Source: an uncultured Campylobacter sp.
GTDB taxonomy: Bacteria; Campylobacterota; Campylobacteria; Campylobacterales; Campylobacteraceae
Direction: 5' to 3' (one strand)
Assembly (NCBI RefSeq): GCF_937965895.1
Contig: NZ_CALCKS010000178.1
Length of the DNA stretch: 58,994 nt
Shown: positions 1 through 10,209 of the stretch, piece after piece
Layout: every line of letters starts with the position of its first letter
Numbering within the stretch: position 1 is the first letter of the stretch
Notes under the pieces: model-generated
What the model was told of the DNA's origin: nothing
Seen by the model: only the letters and a program-made list of their open reading frames with translations
Database searches by the model: none
Position numbers and translations under genes: made by a program

Positions 1-1
1 A

Positions 2-37
2 CCTAAGCTTTCGCTTTTAGTTATGCAGGTTTTGCAG
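2..37 (+). repeat. Left copy of 36-bp terminal inverted repeat
   Basis: CCTAAGCTTTCGCTTTTAGTTATGCAGGTTTTGCAG matches the reverse complement of 58958-58993 at 34/36 positions. Confidence 0.9.
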
Positions 38-66
38 GGATTGTAGTTTTAAGGAGGTTTAGATTT

Positions 67-830
67 TTATTGTTCTTTTTGTATATAAATAATGCGGTTT
101 ATTTTTCTTTTTGGATCAAATTTGTAGATCATTTTTGCGTAACAGTCTTGAGTGATATTAAATTTTTCTAAGAGTTTTTGAGGAATATAAACATCTTTCA
201 AAAATCCAAAGCGTCTGCCGTCTTTGCTTTTGATCGTAATTTTTCCGCTCGTTTTTTTAAACGCAGACCCGATGTTAAAATAAGATATTTGTTTATCTGA
301 AGGCTTTATGCTTTGCTCCAACGGCTTGCCATCAACTACTTTAAAACTGTAGCAAGATAGTAAATTTAAATTTTTATTTTTTAGTTTAATCTCTTTGATT
401 TTAAAGTTCACTTCGTCAAAATCTGTAAAACAATAATACCGTGTATCGGTGTTTGCATCCGTATAACTATCATAAAATACGCAATCAACTACTTTTAGAT
501 CGGTATAGAGGTACTCTTCTAAGATTGTTTGGGAGTATTTATAAAATTCTATATTGCTTATTGGCGGATCGTAATTCTTTACGATATTATATAAGATAAA
601 AAATTTGGCTCAAGATAAGTTAGGCGGATTTTCTCTTATTAATTTTTAGCAAAATACAATAAAGCCCTCTTACATTTTCACTGTTGCTATATCTAGATTC
701 ACGCTCTTTAAGATAAAGTAAGAAATTCTTTTCTCTTAGCTTCCCTTGGGTCATTACCGTCGCGTCGTCTTACAAGATATCTTTAAATTCAGCTAATCTA
801 TGCTTAACACGACTCCAAAAGTTTTTTATA
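67..830 (-). pseudogene. Disrupted gene remnant; C-terminus resembles OB-fold/cold-shock-like tails (FGFLKDVYIP)
   Basis: The frame of ORF 67..411 stays open upstream to ~609 and then hits in-frame TGA/TAA; no good start or RBS; upstream limit approximate. Confidence 0.45.
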
Positions 831-903
831 CAAAGTATCATATGCCCCCCGGTATTCCCGATAGATAGTGGATATTCAAGGCGTTGTATTAAGCATAGCC
901 GAC

Positions 904-1119
904 TTAGCCCTTAAGCGCCTTTTTAAATATCTCAGTTATAGCATCACCAAGACTAGCGGATACAGTTTTGCGCTCTAGACCTTCGTTGCCGCATTTTGGA
1001 CAAATTTGCGGTATTTGCTTAAAATCGCCAGCGCCCAAGCAGTCGCTTTTAAACTGAATCATCTTTTCAAAGTCGCACTTTGGGCAGTAGATTTTAAACG
1101 GTTTTGGTTGTATTGCCAT
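904..1119 (-). CDS. Small zinc-ribbon protein
   Basis: CPKC...CPKC pairs; AAGGA RBS before ATG. Confidence 0.75.
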   Translation of the reverse strand: MAIQPKPFKIYCPKCDFEKMIQFKSDCLGAGDFKQIPQICPKCGNEGLERKTVSASLGDAITEIFKKALKG

Positions 1120-1282
1120 ATTTTATCCTTATAGGATTTTTAAGAGGCATGGATTTATCGCGCCTCTTTGCTGTTAAATTCTATAAAATTATAGTAAAGA
1201 AGCGTAAAATATCACATCGGGTCTAAACCTTAGATTTAATTACTTTTACAAGAATCATTTTACTAAAACATAAGATGACTTT

Positions 1283-3940
1283 TTAGCCTACCTGACTACT
1301 TAAATAATTTAGATAAGAACGGCATCCTTCTTCTAGTTGTTCTAAAAATTCATTATACATATCTCTACCGAAATCCTCTTTTATATCTTTGCTTAGTTTT
1401 TCAGCAATATCAAATACACATTCTTTAAATACATTAAATTCATCAATTTGCTTTTTTATAAATGTTTTTAGCCTCATTATCTTTGATTTTTTAGACACCT
1501 TATATAGATTATATAGATTATATACAAAATCTTGAATATCTTTATTTTCAATATCCGAAAGAGCCATTTTACTTACAAATCTAGATATAAATAATAATCT
1601 CTTATTTTTTGTGTTATCTGGTATCACTCTATTTATATACATATTTAAAGAATTTGTAAAATCGCTGTAATATACGCCGCGATAATTAAACTTACCAAGC
1701 GATGCTTTTATGTTTTTGGGCTGTTTTAATATAGTGTTTTTATAGGATTGATATAAAAATTGCAGCTGTTGCAAAAAAGTATCGTATATATTATGTGCAT
1801 CACAAATAGTATTCATTTTATCTAAAAATTCATTTATTTGTTGGTGATTTGTCCAATACCATCCAGAATGGGAATTAATAGAACTATATGTTTGAACTCC
1901 TGCAATATTCATATTTCTTCCCCATATAGTATTTATATAGTTGCTATGAATGGATTTTATCTCGTTATTAAACTCTTTTTTATCTCCCTTGTTTATTACA
2001 ACAAATATTTTACTTTTCTCAACTTCTACATTCTCCAAAAAGTCCAGTTCTTTATTTGTTATAGTGATATTATCAGCCGACGATATTAGTATTAGGCCGT
2101 CTACGTTACTAAAAAGATTATAGTCTAAATAATCTATAGCCCAATTTGGAATATCTATAAAACATATATTTTTATATTTTAGTTTAGATTGCATAAGTGA
2201 AAAAGCTATTATATTTTTTACGATATTATCTAACTTATCTCGGATATCTTCATAGTATAGCTTTAGATGATAATCTTGGTCGTATGGTTGCATATCTATA
2301 GTCTTTCCGCAATAACTATGAGATATAATTCTTTCATATTCACTATCAATGATAAACATTTCATCTTTATTGATATTTTCATCATACATTGGTATTTTAA
2401 AATTAGACATTATAAGACTATTTATAAAGGACGTTTTTCCTGCATATTCCAGTCCGCATACAGCCAATACATTCCTCTCTTTTTTCAAATCTGTTATTGT
2501 ATTTTTTAGCATGGACAATATTTCATCTTTTTGTTGTTGATTTATATCAATCTCGTTAAAATCCACCCGAACATCCTTAATCTCAAACACCACCTTAACA
2601 GCTTCCTTAAATTTATCCATCACGATTTCGAGAAATTTTAGATTTTTTTCTTCTTTTTCGGTGCTAAAATAACTCTTGTTTTTTAATTTTAAAATCTTAC
2701 TGTCGACATCATCTAATCCCCCCTCTTCTAGTATATCCATTCTTATTGAATGCAATGTCTTTTTAATAGAGTTTTTATATTTTATGCTATTTTTTATAGC
2801 CTCTTTGTAGGCTTGGTAGATATTTTTTAGCTTATTAAAAATCTCTACATGCTTTTGGCTAGGCGTATCGCATTCGGTCAAAAACTCATCTAAGCTTTTG
2901 CCGACTATGCAATGATTTTCAAGAGTTCTAACGGAGCTAAAGGTCTGTATGCCTTCGTAGTTTATACCGTAGTTATCTAGATTTTGCCTTACGGTTTCAG
3001 TAATGGCCTCTAGGTCGCTAGGCGCTCTTAGGTCGGCTTTGTTTATCACGATGTATAGCTTCTTGTTTTCTAGATCCAAGCTGCTTAAAAACTCCAAATC
3101 TCCGCTTGGCATCGTGCCTGTGCTGTCAAGCCCCACGAGCCATAAAAACACTCCCGCTTCTTCCAAAAACTCTTTTGCCGTATCTATGTCGGCACCATAG
3201 TTTGCTATATTGCCTGATGGGTTATAGCCCGGAGTATCGATAAAGCAGATATTTTCAAATTTAAGCTTCGTGCCTAGCACGATAAATGGCAAAATTTCTT
3301 TTAAGTTAAATTTGAATCCTTTCATAAAATCATGATTTAGCCTAGCGTGAAAATTGTTATCTATCTTACGCAGGTCAACTGCGCCGCCGTTTTTGGAGTA
3401 ACCCAGTAGATACTCTTTGGGCGCATTCATGACGTATGCGGGTATGGCAGTAGTTGGCTCGATGGAAATAGGCAGCTTTATGCCAGAATCCATAAAACTG
3501 CTGATAAATTCCGATTTACCCGCGCTAAATCCACCGCCGACGGCTATGATATTTTTTTGATATAGCTCAGGGCAAGCGGCTATGATACTAAGCTCTTTTT
3601 CTATATTTTGAAGTTGCAACAATACTTCGGCTTCGTTTGCCAGCGTATCATCGGCATTGGCAAACTCCATATAATCGCCGTTTAACGTCTCGCGGAACAT
3701 CGCTACGCCTTTATTTTGGACTTTGGCAGCGAGGAGGCTTGAAACTAGTTCGTGTCTAAGGCTAAGGTCGGTTAAAACCTTATCTTGTTCTTCTTTTTCT
3801 TTAATTTTTTCCGTAAGGAGTTTTGAGACCAGTTCCTGTTTTTGATTAGACGCTTTCAAGTCTCCATTCTGCCCAATTTTTCTGCTTTTTAATAACTCCT
3901 TAACTGTAGGTGCATTCTTTGTTTTACCTTCTGCCTGCAT
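1283..3940 (-). CDS. Dynamin-like GTPase with a second, degenerate tandem GTPase domain
   Basis: GGFSAGKS / DTPG / INKAD, then GLEYAGKT / DIPN / INKGD. Confidence 0.85.
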   Translation of the reverse strand: MQAEGKTKNAPTVKELLKSRKIGQNGDLKASNQKQELVSKLLTEKIKEKEEQDKVLTDLSLRHELVSSLLAAKVQNKGVAMFRETLNGDYMEFANADDTLANEAEVLLQLQNIEKELSIIAACPELYQKNIIAVGGGFSAGKSEFISSFMDSGIKLPISIEPTTAIPAYVMNAPKEYLLGYSKNGGAVDLRKIDNNFHARLNHDFMKGFKFNLKEILPFIVLGTKLKFENICFIDTPGYNPSGNIANYGADIDTAKEFLEEAGVFLWLVGLDSTGTMPSGDLEFLSSLDLENKKLYIVINKADLRAPSDLEAITETVRQNLDNYGINYEGIQTFSSVRTLENHCIVGKSLDEFLTECDTPSQKHVEIFNKLKNIYQAYKEAIKNSIKYKNSIKKTLHSIRMDILEEGGLDDVDSKILKLKNKSYFSTEKEEKNLKFLEIVMDKFKEAVKVVFEIKDVRVDFNEIDINQQQKDEILSMLKNTITDLKKERNVLAVCGLEYAGKTSFINSLIMSNFKIPMYDENINKDEMFIIDSEYERIISHSYCGKTIDMQPYDQDYHLKLYYEDIRDKLDNIVKNIIAFSLMQSKLKYKNICFIDIPNWAIDYLDYNLFSNVDGLILISSADNITITNKELDFLENVEVEKSKIFVVINKGDKKEFNNEIKSIHSNYINTIWGRNMNIAGVQTYSSINSHSGWYWTNHQQINEFLDKMNTICDAHNIYDTFLQQLQFLYQSYKNTILKQPKNIKASLGKFNYRGVYYSDFTNSLNMYINRVIPDNTKNKRLLFISRFVSKMALSDIENKDIQDFVYNLYNLYKVSKKSKIMRLKTFIKKQIDEFNVFKECVFDIAEKLSKDIKEDFGRDMYNEFLEQLEEGCRSYLNYLSSQVG

Positions 3941-6164
3941 CTTTTATATCCTTTAGTATCAATTTATATCTATCTAAAGCCTGCTCTTTATTTTCTATAT
4001 CGCTAACTAGGGAGCTTATCTCTTCATCATATTTTACAAAAATAACATTTGCCACGTCTTGGGATTTAAACGAACCAATCAGCGCATCGACGCTAGATTT
4101 TACGTCGCTCCTTACTCTGCTTTTTAGATTTCTGGCAAATTCGCCCGCAGCGCTTAAAAACTGCTCGGCTTCGTAACCTTTTAGGGTACCGCTTTTTTGT
4201 AGTTCTTTCGGAAACGAACCGCTATAGTTGATATCCGGGTTTTTGACCGAGTTCAAAGTCCCCCTTATCGTACGAGAAATAATAACCGGATCTAATACGT
4301 CGTCGTCCACGACACTTCTAGCCGAGGATACTAATGATTTATAGAGGCTCTTTTTCCATTCTGCTATGTTTTGTCTATACTCTATCTCGGTTAAATTTTC
4401 TACCTCGGATATGACTTGATCGAGAGAATTTTTGACGTAACCGGCTTTTACGGTGGTTCTGGTGCTGTATTTTGTTTTGTATCTATCACCAAAAAGTCCC
4501 CATAAATTTGTAAATCCATTATCTTTGACTTTGTAACTATATTCCTCTGTAGCTTCGCTGCTAGCTATATCGTCGGTTAGCTTTTTAAAGTAGCTTTCCA
4601 CTTTGGCAAAAAGCCTGTCTTTGATATTTAGCTCAAATCCTTCAATAGAGTCTTCGTATGCGGTATTTACAGCCTCTACGGCTTTTGATTTGATTTTTAT
4701 CATTTGCTCTCTTTGACGCTTAATCTCGTTTATATCAGAGCTTTCCAGTATTTGCATCTTTTCTTGAATTTGCTGTTCTACAGCTTGTTGATAATTGAGT
4801 AAATTTTTAGACTTAACCGAGATAAACTCTGCGCTTCTTTTTTGTAAAATTTCCTCTTTTTTCTCTTTTACTTTTGAGACTATTTGCTCAATCGCCTTTA
4901 TGCCCGATAGCAAATTTAAATTTGCTAAAGCAGACTGTTTGTCGTCGAAATAGTCTCGATAAAAGTGATTTAAATTTCCCCAAACATGCTTTGAGTTTAA
5001 ATCCCAGTTGCCTTGATCGTCATAGTTTTTCATCATATAAAACGCTGCCGCCGAACTTAAAAGAACTTTGCTATCTATAAGCTCATTTAGACTGTCGCCC
5101 ACTTCCGGACTTTGAGCTTTTATCTCTTTTAAAACCCTTGACTGCTGGGCGCTTAAGGTTTCTCTTATATTGTCAAGTACTTTTGGTAACAAACCGCCAC
5201 CTTTTTCTTTTTCACTGCCAAAGAGTTGGTTGTCTACCTGAGATGCCACTAGGTATACTTCTCTGATGCCGTCTTTTTTAGTGACGCGGTCGAGTAAATT
5301 CGTATCCTCCGAGCTTAAAAACTGGCCGGAAGGCGAAACGACTAACACCACGTCGCAAGTTTTCAAAAGCTGTTTTGTGCGCTCCTCTCTTGAGACGACG
5401 GGATCATTTACGCCGGGGGTATCTATTATCTCTATATCTTTTAGACTTTCCTTATCTAGTTTTAGCGTTACGGATTTTGTAAAGGGCATATATTTGCCAT
5501 CAGCGCCGACAAAATCGTAAAGCTTGCGATTTAGCTCGTCCATGTTAGCAGCAGAGATGTTTTTAAATCCCTCTAAATTTGCTAAATTTACCCCAGAACG
5601 CTCGATACGCTCGTATTGCTCGGCGGCTGCACTTAAAGCTGCGTCATTGCGCATCTCTTGTTCGGCGATACTCATCGCCCTTTTTCGTAGCTCGGCTTCT
5701 TTTTCTTGATCTAGTTTTTTAAAATTTAGCTTTTGCTTTCTTTTTTCAAGCTCTACTAGCTCGTTAAATTTAACTTCGGCTATTTCGTTTTTTCTTTTTT
5801 GAAAATTTGCCGCATTTTCTTTGATATCCCGCAAGTCCTCTTCGCTAAAAAAATCGACCTGCGCTTCCAAATTTTGCCCATATTTTAAAACCGTAAGTGC
5901 AGCTGTCATCGGAGTAGCAGCCTTTGGTAACACATCTTCGCCCTCAAAAATAAGTGCATTTATAAGAGAGCTTTTGCCTGATTTTACTCGTCCTATGATT
6001 CCTAGCTTTAGCGTTCTACCATCTTTTTGCATAGCTTCTAGTTCAGCTTCTAGTTCTGAACTTTTTGAGACAGAATTATCTTGTTTTAAAAGTGAAACTT
6101 CATTACCGAGGTCGTATTTGGCTATGATGGCTTCAAGCTCTTTAGCAAATTTAACTACGTTCAT
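3924..6164 (-). CDS. Bacterial dynamin-like GTPase
   Basis: GRVKSGKS P-loop, PMTA switch Thr, DTPG, long helical stalk. Confidence 0.9.
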   Translation of the reverse strand: MNVVKFAKELEAIIAKYDLGNEVSLLKQDNSVSKSSELEAELEAMQKDGRTLKLGIIGRVKSGKSSLINALIFEGEDVLPKAATPMTAALTVLKYGQNLEAQVDFFSEEDLRDIKENAANFQKRKNEIAEVKFNELVELEKRKQKLNFKKLDQEKEAELRKRAMSIAEQEMRNDAALSAAAEQYERIERSGVNLANLEGFKNISAANMDELNRKLYDFVGADGKYMPFTKSVTLKLDKESLKDIEIIDTPGVNDPVVSREERTKQLLKTCDVVLVVSPSGQFLSSEDTNLLDRVTKKDGIREVYLVASQVDNQLFGSEKEKGGGLLPKVLDNIRETLSAQQSRVLKEIKAQSPEVGDSLNELIDSKVLLSSAAAFYMMKNYDDQGNWDLNSKHVWGNLNHFYRDYFDDKQSALANLNLLSGIKAIEQIVSKVKEKKEEILQKRSAEFISVKSKNLLNYQQAVEQQIQEKMQILESSDINEIKRQREQMIKIKSKAVEAVNTAYEDSIEGFELNIKDRLFAKVESYFKKLTDDIASSEATEEYSYKVKDNGFTNLWGLFGDRYKTKYSTRTTVKAGYVKNSLDQVISEVENLTEIEYRQNIAEWKKSLYKSLVSSARSVVDDDVLDPVIISRTIRGTLNSVKNPDINYSGSFPKELQKSGTLKGYEAEQFLSAAGEFARNLKSRVRSDVKSSVDALIGSFKSQDVANVIFVKYDEEISSLVSDIENKEQALDRYKLILKDIKDAGRR

Positions 6165-6173
6165 TTTTGGTCC

Positions 6174-7871
6174 TTACTTATATAGAATTTGAGTTGCTAG
6201 TGTCCTGATTGCCTCTTTTGCATTTTCAAGAGCTAAAATTTGAGCTTCTATAGCCTGCATATCTTCGCTTTTTTCTTCTATGACTTTTGATATTTCGGTT
6301 TCTTTTTGCCGTAGCTGCTCTTCAAATTTATCGCTTACAACCTCTATCATAGCGCTTATTTGCTCGTTTAGTAGTGCGGGCATCTCGCTTCTAAGCTTAG
6401 ACTTGATAGAAGGTATAACGTTGCTTATTATCTGATCTCTAGCCTGTTCGCGTTTCTTGTTTTCGGCGTATCCTTGAGTAAAAAACGAGATAATATCTGG
6501 CAAAAATATAATGATAATTTCTAAAAGAGGATTTACAACTGCCGTAGTGAGACCCATGATCGTGGTTATAACTTTGTATATTTTACCTGCATTTTCGCCA
6601 CTTTTAAGCTTCTCACTAAAATCTACAAGTCCATTTTGGGCTTTTTGTAAAAATTCTTTTGTCGTTTGTGAAATTTTTTCTATCCATACGTCATCTATCT
6701 TAAAATCAGTCAAATTCAAGCTTCTCATCTCGAGACTAAAGTTATCTACTAGCTGCGAGCCAATATCGCTCATTTTACTTTTTATTTCTCGCACGAGCGA
6801 TGTTTTTATTATGCCGTTTAGTTCAGTACTAAAACCTTGCTGGTTGGTGGCGGCGAGCCCTGCTAGAGCGTCTATATTCATATTTATATCGTTAGCAACC
6901 GCTGCAATAACGGAATTTACGCTACCGTCTGAATATCTGCTTTGTATCTCGTTAAGTGCGGTTTGCTTTTTAGCTTTTAATTTTTCTATACCCAACTTTA
7001 GCTCGTTTATAGCGTTTTGTGCGTCTTCTTTGGAACTTTTTAGGGCTGATTTAGTCGTATCAATAGCGCTTTGGGCTTCAAATGAATTTTGTTTTAATTC
7101 GTTTTCAAAGATACTTTTAAAAAGTCCTTTTGAATCAATTTTTTCGAGTATATTTTTTAACTCGTCGCCACTGTCAAGCCCGAGGGCTATAACACCTTTT
7201 TGGTAATCAAAATAATCTCTTAATTGCTCTTCTATCCTATTTTGTATCAAATTTACGTCGCTAGGCGCTCTTAAATTTGCCTTACTTATACAAAACGAAA
7301 AGCCTTTGCCGAATGCGTTGATATTTTGTATTTCTCTAAGCACACTATTTGTTATATTGCCATCCTCAACACTGATTAACACTATAAAATACTTACCCTT
7401 GCTTAAGTAACTTAAAATTGCTTGGTTGTGTAGCTGTACTGGCGAGTCAAAGCCTGGCATATCAACAAGTACGAGCGGTGCAATAGCTTTTAAATTTGCG
7501 TTATTTAGATAAAGACGTAGAAATTTATACTCCGCAGCCCGATCTTTGATCTCGTCTGTTTGAGTAAGATCATATCTATCGCTATCGCCGCTTTCTTTTA
7601 CTGCCTCAAAATAACTTTCTTCACCGTATCTTAGCTCGGTCGCAAGCGCGGTTTCTGGAGTAATGTTTGTAGGCAATACGCCTGAGCCTAGAAATGAGTT
7701 TATTAGAGTACTTTTACCTGCGCTAAAGCCGCCTACAACGGGCACGATAAGCTCTGTTGCTCGCAAAGAGCCTATTAGCTCTTCCTGTTTTTTTACGTCA
7801 AATTTTAGAGGACTTAGTATCGCTGACACGTCTTGCAAGTATTTAATATATGTTTGCTTTAAAATTTGCAT
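6174..7871 (-). CDS. Bacterial dynamin-like GTPase with hydrophobic paddle segment
   Basis: GGFSAGKS, PETA, DMPG, SKAN; hydrophobic stretch VITTIMGL...IIIIFLPDII. Confidence 0.9.
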   Translation of the reverse strand: MQILKQTYIKYLQDVSAILSPLKFDVKKQEELIGSLRATELIVPVVGGFSAGKSTLINSFLGSGVLPTNITPETALATELRYGEESYFEAVKESGDSDRYDLTQTDEIKDRAAEYKFLRLYLNNANLKAIAPLVLVDMPGFDSPVQLHNQAILSYLSKGKYFIVLISVEDGNITNSVLREIQNINAFGKGFSFCISKANLRAPSDVNLIQNRIEEQLRDYFDYQKGVIALGLDSGDELKNILEKIDSKGLFKSIFENELKQNSFEAQSAIDTTKSALKSSKEDAQNAINELKLGIEKLKAKKQTALNEIQSRYSDGSVNSVIAAVANDINMNIDALAGLAATNQQGFSTELNGIIKTSLVREIKSKMSDIGSQLVDNFSLEMRSLNLTDFKIDDVWIEKISQTTKEFLQKAQNGLVDFSEKLKSGENAGKIYKVITTIMGLTTAVVNPLLEIIIIFLPDIISFFTQGYAENKKREQARDQIISNVIPSIKSKLRSEMPALLNEQISAMIEVVSDKFEEQLRQKETEISKVIEEKSEDMQAIEAQILALENAKEAIRTLATQILYK

Positions 7872-8212
7872 ATGTGTTCCTTATGGTGAAGTTTATTGAT
7901 TTTTGAGTGATTAAATTTGATGAAAGATATTTGTCTCTAGAGTTACCCCCCCCATCGGTTTTTCTAATTTTACCTGCATTTTACCTTCTTTTGGTGTTAC
8001 TAATGAATTTATTCTGTTAATTATAGTTTTAAAATCATTAATCTATGCTTTTATGTTGTTTAAAATTACAAACTGCATTTTATGATTTTTTATGCTATAT
8101 CTTTCAGCGTTTTTCTCGGTATTTTTTAACTTCTTTGCTGTTTTTTTATTTGATATTGTATAAATTCAAAGCAAGCTTGGTCCAAATGTTGTCCTTGCCT
8201 GCTTTATACTGC

Positions 8213-8404
8213 TTAGATGCCGGCGGCGTACCCAGATGGATACTCCTCTTGCTCATCGCTTTCATCTTCATCGGCCAAAACAAGATCCGCTTCCTTATTT
8301 TTTTCGTCACTAGTTTCATCAAATATCCCGTATTCGTCGGCATAAGTCTTTAATCCGTATCCAATAGCTAGTAGTGCTACGCCTCCTATGATATACTTTA
8401 GCAT
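8213..8404 (-). CDS. Small membrane-anchored acidic protein at the head of the dynamin operon (possibly the 5' part of a decayed longer gene)
   Basis: AAGGAG RBS; N-terminal hydrophobic helix IIGGVALLAIGYGL followed by a D/E-rich tail. Confidence 0.55.
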   Translation of the reverse strand: MLKYIIGGVALLAIGYGLKTYADEYGIFDETSDEKNKEADLVLADEDESDEQEEYPSGYAAGI

Positions 8405-8451
8405 CTTTTCTCCTTTGATTTAAATTATGATGGAAATTTAACACAAGGGCA

Positions 8452-8466
8452 CGACAGGTTATGTCA
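8452..8466 (-). promoter_or_regulatory. GAC-N7-GTC box, dynamin operon promoter
   Basis: CGAC-AGGTTAT-GTCA; TAAATT (minus, 8440-8435) 11 bp downstream. Confidence 0.6.
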
Positions 8467-8556
8467 TAACCAAAATAACCCCATAAGAATCTTTTAAATT
8501 TATATCAATCTTTTGACAGATAAAAACATCTTTACATTATATATACCTTTAAAACT

Positions 8557-8572
8557 AGACAACTATAAGTCT
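8557..8572 (+). promoter_or_regulatory. GAC-N8-GTC box at WYL1 promoter
   Basis: AGAC-AACTATAA-GTCT; TATAAT at 8581 (8 bp gap, possibly autoregulatory). Confidence 0.6.
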
Positions 8573-8604
8573 TATATCGCTATAATACTCCCAAAGGAGC
8601 TTCC

Positions 8605-9531
8605 ATGCAAAAACCTAAAAAAATCATCCCCGAAACCAGCACAAGTAAATACGAGCGTATAAACGATATAGCCGTTCTTATCAGCAACAAGCCGCACTCC
8701 ATCTCCGAGCTTTCCGAGAAACTCGGTGTTTGCACTAAAACCATACAAAGAGATCTTTATGACGTGCTAGCCAAAAACGGAGCCGTAAAAAAAGGTAGGA
8801 TGTGGAGCATGGATAAAACCGAGGCCAAAGATAACCTAGATCAAGAAGAGCGAACTATCATAAATATCTTAGATAATATCTCAAAAACTATGGGTGCAAA
8901 TTTCTATTCAAAGGCTCACGTCTTGCTAGAGCAGATCACTAGCCGGCTAAACCACCCTATACTAACCAATATAAACAACGAAAAGCTAGACGAAAAAGAC
9001 TTTGCAAATTTCGAACTACTTGAAAACGCCATCAAAGAAAAAAGACTGGTGGAGTGCGAGTATAATAACTTTAAATTTAAGACAAAACCTTTAAAGCTAG
9101 CGATGTTTGACGGGTTTTGGTATTTGCTTTTTCTTGATACGGGCAAAAACGATACATTTAAAAAATTTCATCTAAAAAGCATTGCGAGCATTAAAATACT
9201 TGAAGATAAATTTGAGATAGAGGCAAAAATAGAAGATAGGCTAAAAAATATAAACTCCGCATGGGCGACGCTAGATGAGCCAAAGATAGCCAAGCTGCTT
9301 TTAGCGCCGCAGATAAAGAAGTATTTTGAGAGAAAACCATATGCCAAGCAAAGCATATACGGCGAGGATCCAGATGGCTCCATCGTCATCGATATAGAGT
9401 ACACCAACATAATGGAGATCAAACCACTCATATACTACTACATCCCATTTATCAAGGTGCTTGAACCAAAGGAGCTAGCAGATGAGCTAAGAGATGAGAT
9501 AGAGGAGTATTTTAACGAGATAAATGTCTAA
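8605..9531 (+). CDS. HTH-WYL-WCX transcriptional regulator (WYL1)
   Basis: N-terminal HTH (ELSEKLGVCTKTIQRDL), FDGFWYL, C-terminal KVLEPKEL. Confidence 0.92.
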   Translation: MQKPKKIIPETSTSKYERINDIAVLISNKPHSISELSEKLGVCTKTIQRDLYDVLAKNGAVKKGRMWSMDKTEAKDNLDQEERTIINILDNISKTMGANFYSKAHVLLEQITSRLNHPILTNINNEKLDEKDFANFELLENAIKEKRLVECEYNNFKFKTKPLKLAMFDGFWYLLFLDTGKNDTFKKFHLKSIASIKILEDKFEIEAKIEDRLKNINSAWATLDEPKIAKLLLAPQIKKYFERKPYAKQSIYGEDPDGSIVIDIEYTNIMEIKPLIYYYIPFIKVLEPKELADELRDEIEEYFNEINV

Positions 9532-9542
9532 AATTTAAGTAC

Positions 9543-9567
9543 GCATGCGATCTGTAACGTCGCATGC
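9543..9567. terminator. Hairpin between convergent genes
   Basis: GCATGCGA-N9-TCGCATGC. Confidence 0.5.
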
Positions 9568-9677
9568 ACATCATGGATAAAATCACGTAGATTATTTTGC
9601 GTTAGCTGATCTAACTCTTTGCCAAACAGCCGCTTCTTCTCTCAAAAGCTCATCGTCATATGCGTCGTTGCCATCGG

Positions 9678-10196
9678 TTAAATTTTTTTGGCCTTTTTAT
9701 AAAATTTTTTGCATACAGATTTATACTTTTTTACCCTGCTTAGGAAATCTAAGAAATTTAAAAAAATTCGCCTTTTCATGCCTGAGCTTAAAGCGCTTTT
9801 TATAGCTGTTTTGATCTGTTTTTTACTAAGTATATTTTGCTTACAAAGTAAGAAATAATTATTTATCTTAAATCTTTTTATCTGTTTTACGATGATCTTT
9901 CTGGTAAGCTTTTTATCGTTTAAATTTTCATAGATGCTTCTAGCTATATAAAAATGTTCCATAGGATATTTACATACTTGCAACGCCCTTTTTAGGATAG
10001 TTTTTATTATCTTTTTCCTATTTTCGTTATTTTCAAGCTCATCAAAAGCTAGCCTTGCCAAATACAAATACTCTCTAAAATCCTCACATTTTGACAGGAT
10101 ATCGTTCAATTCGCTAGAAAGCAGTTGTTTTGGCTTTACAGACGATATAAAATCACTAATCTCCATATACGGCCTAAGCCCCCAGAATCTTTTCAT
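9678..10196 (-). CDS. Lys-rich helical-repeat hypothetical protein
   Basis: GGAG RBS before MKRFW; repeats like YIARSIYENLNDKK resemble those in 10951 and 56099. Confidence 0.6.
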   Translation of the reverse strand: MKRFWGLRPYMEISDFISSVKPKQLLSSELNDILSKCEDFREYLYLARLAFDELENNENRKKIIKTILKRALQVCKYPMEHFYIARSIYENLNDKKLTRKIIVKQIKRFKINNYFLLCKQNILSKKQIKTAIKSALSSGMKRRIFLNFLDFLSRVKKYKSVCKKFYKKAKKI

Positions 10197-10209
10197 ATTT
10201 GCTCCATAA

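Noticed and set aside
15..37. TTTAGTTATG resembles part of a Helicobacter-type dif site
   Set aside because: The remainder does not fit, and the right-end copy differs at exactly these bases
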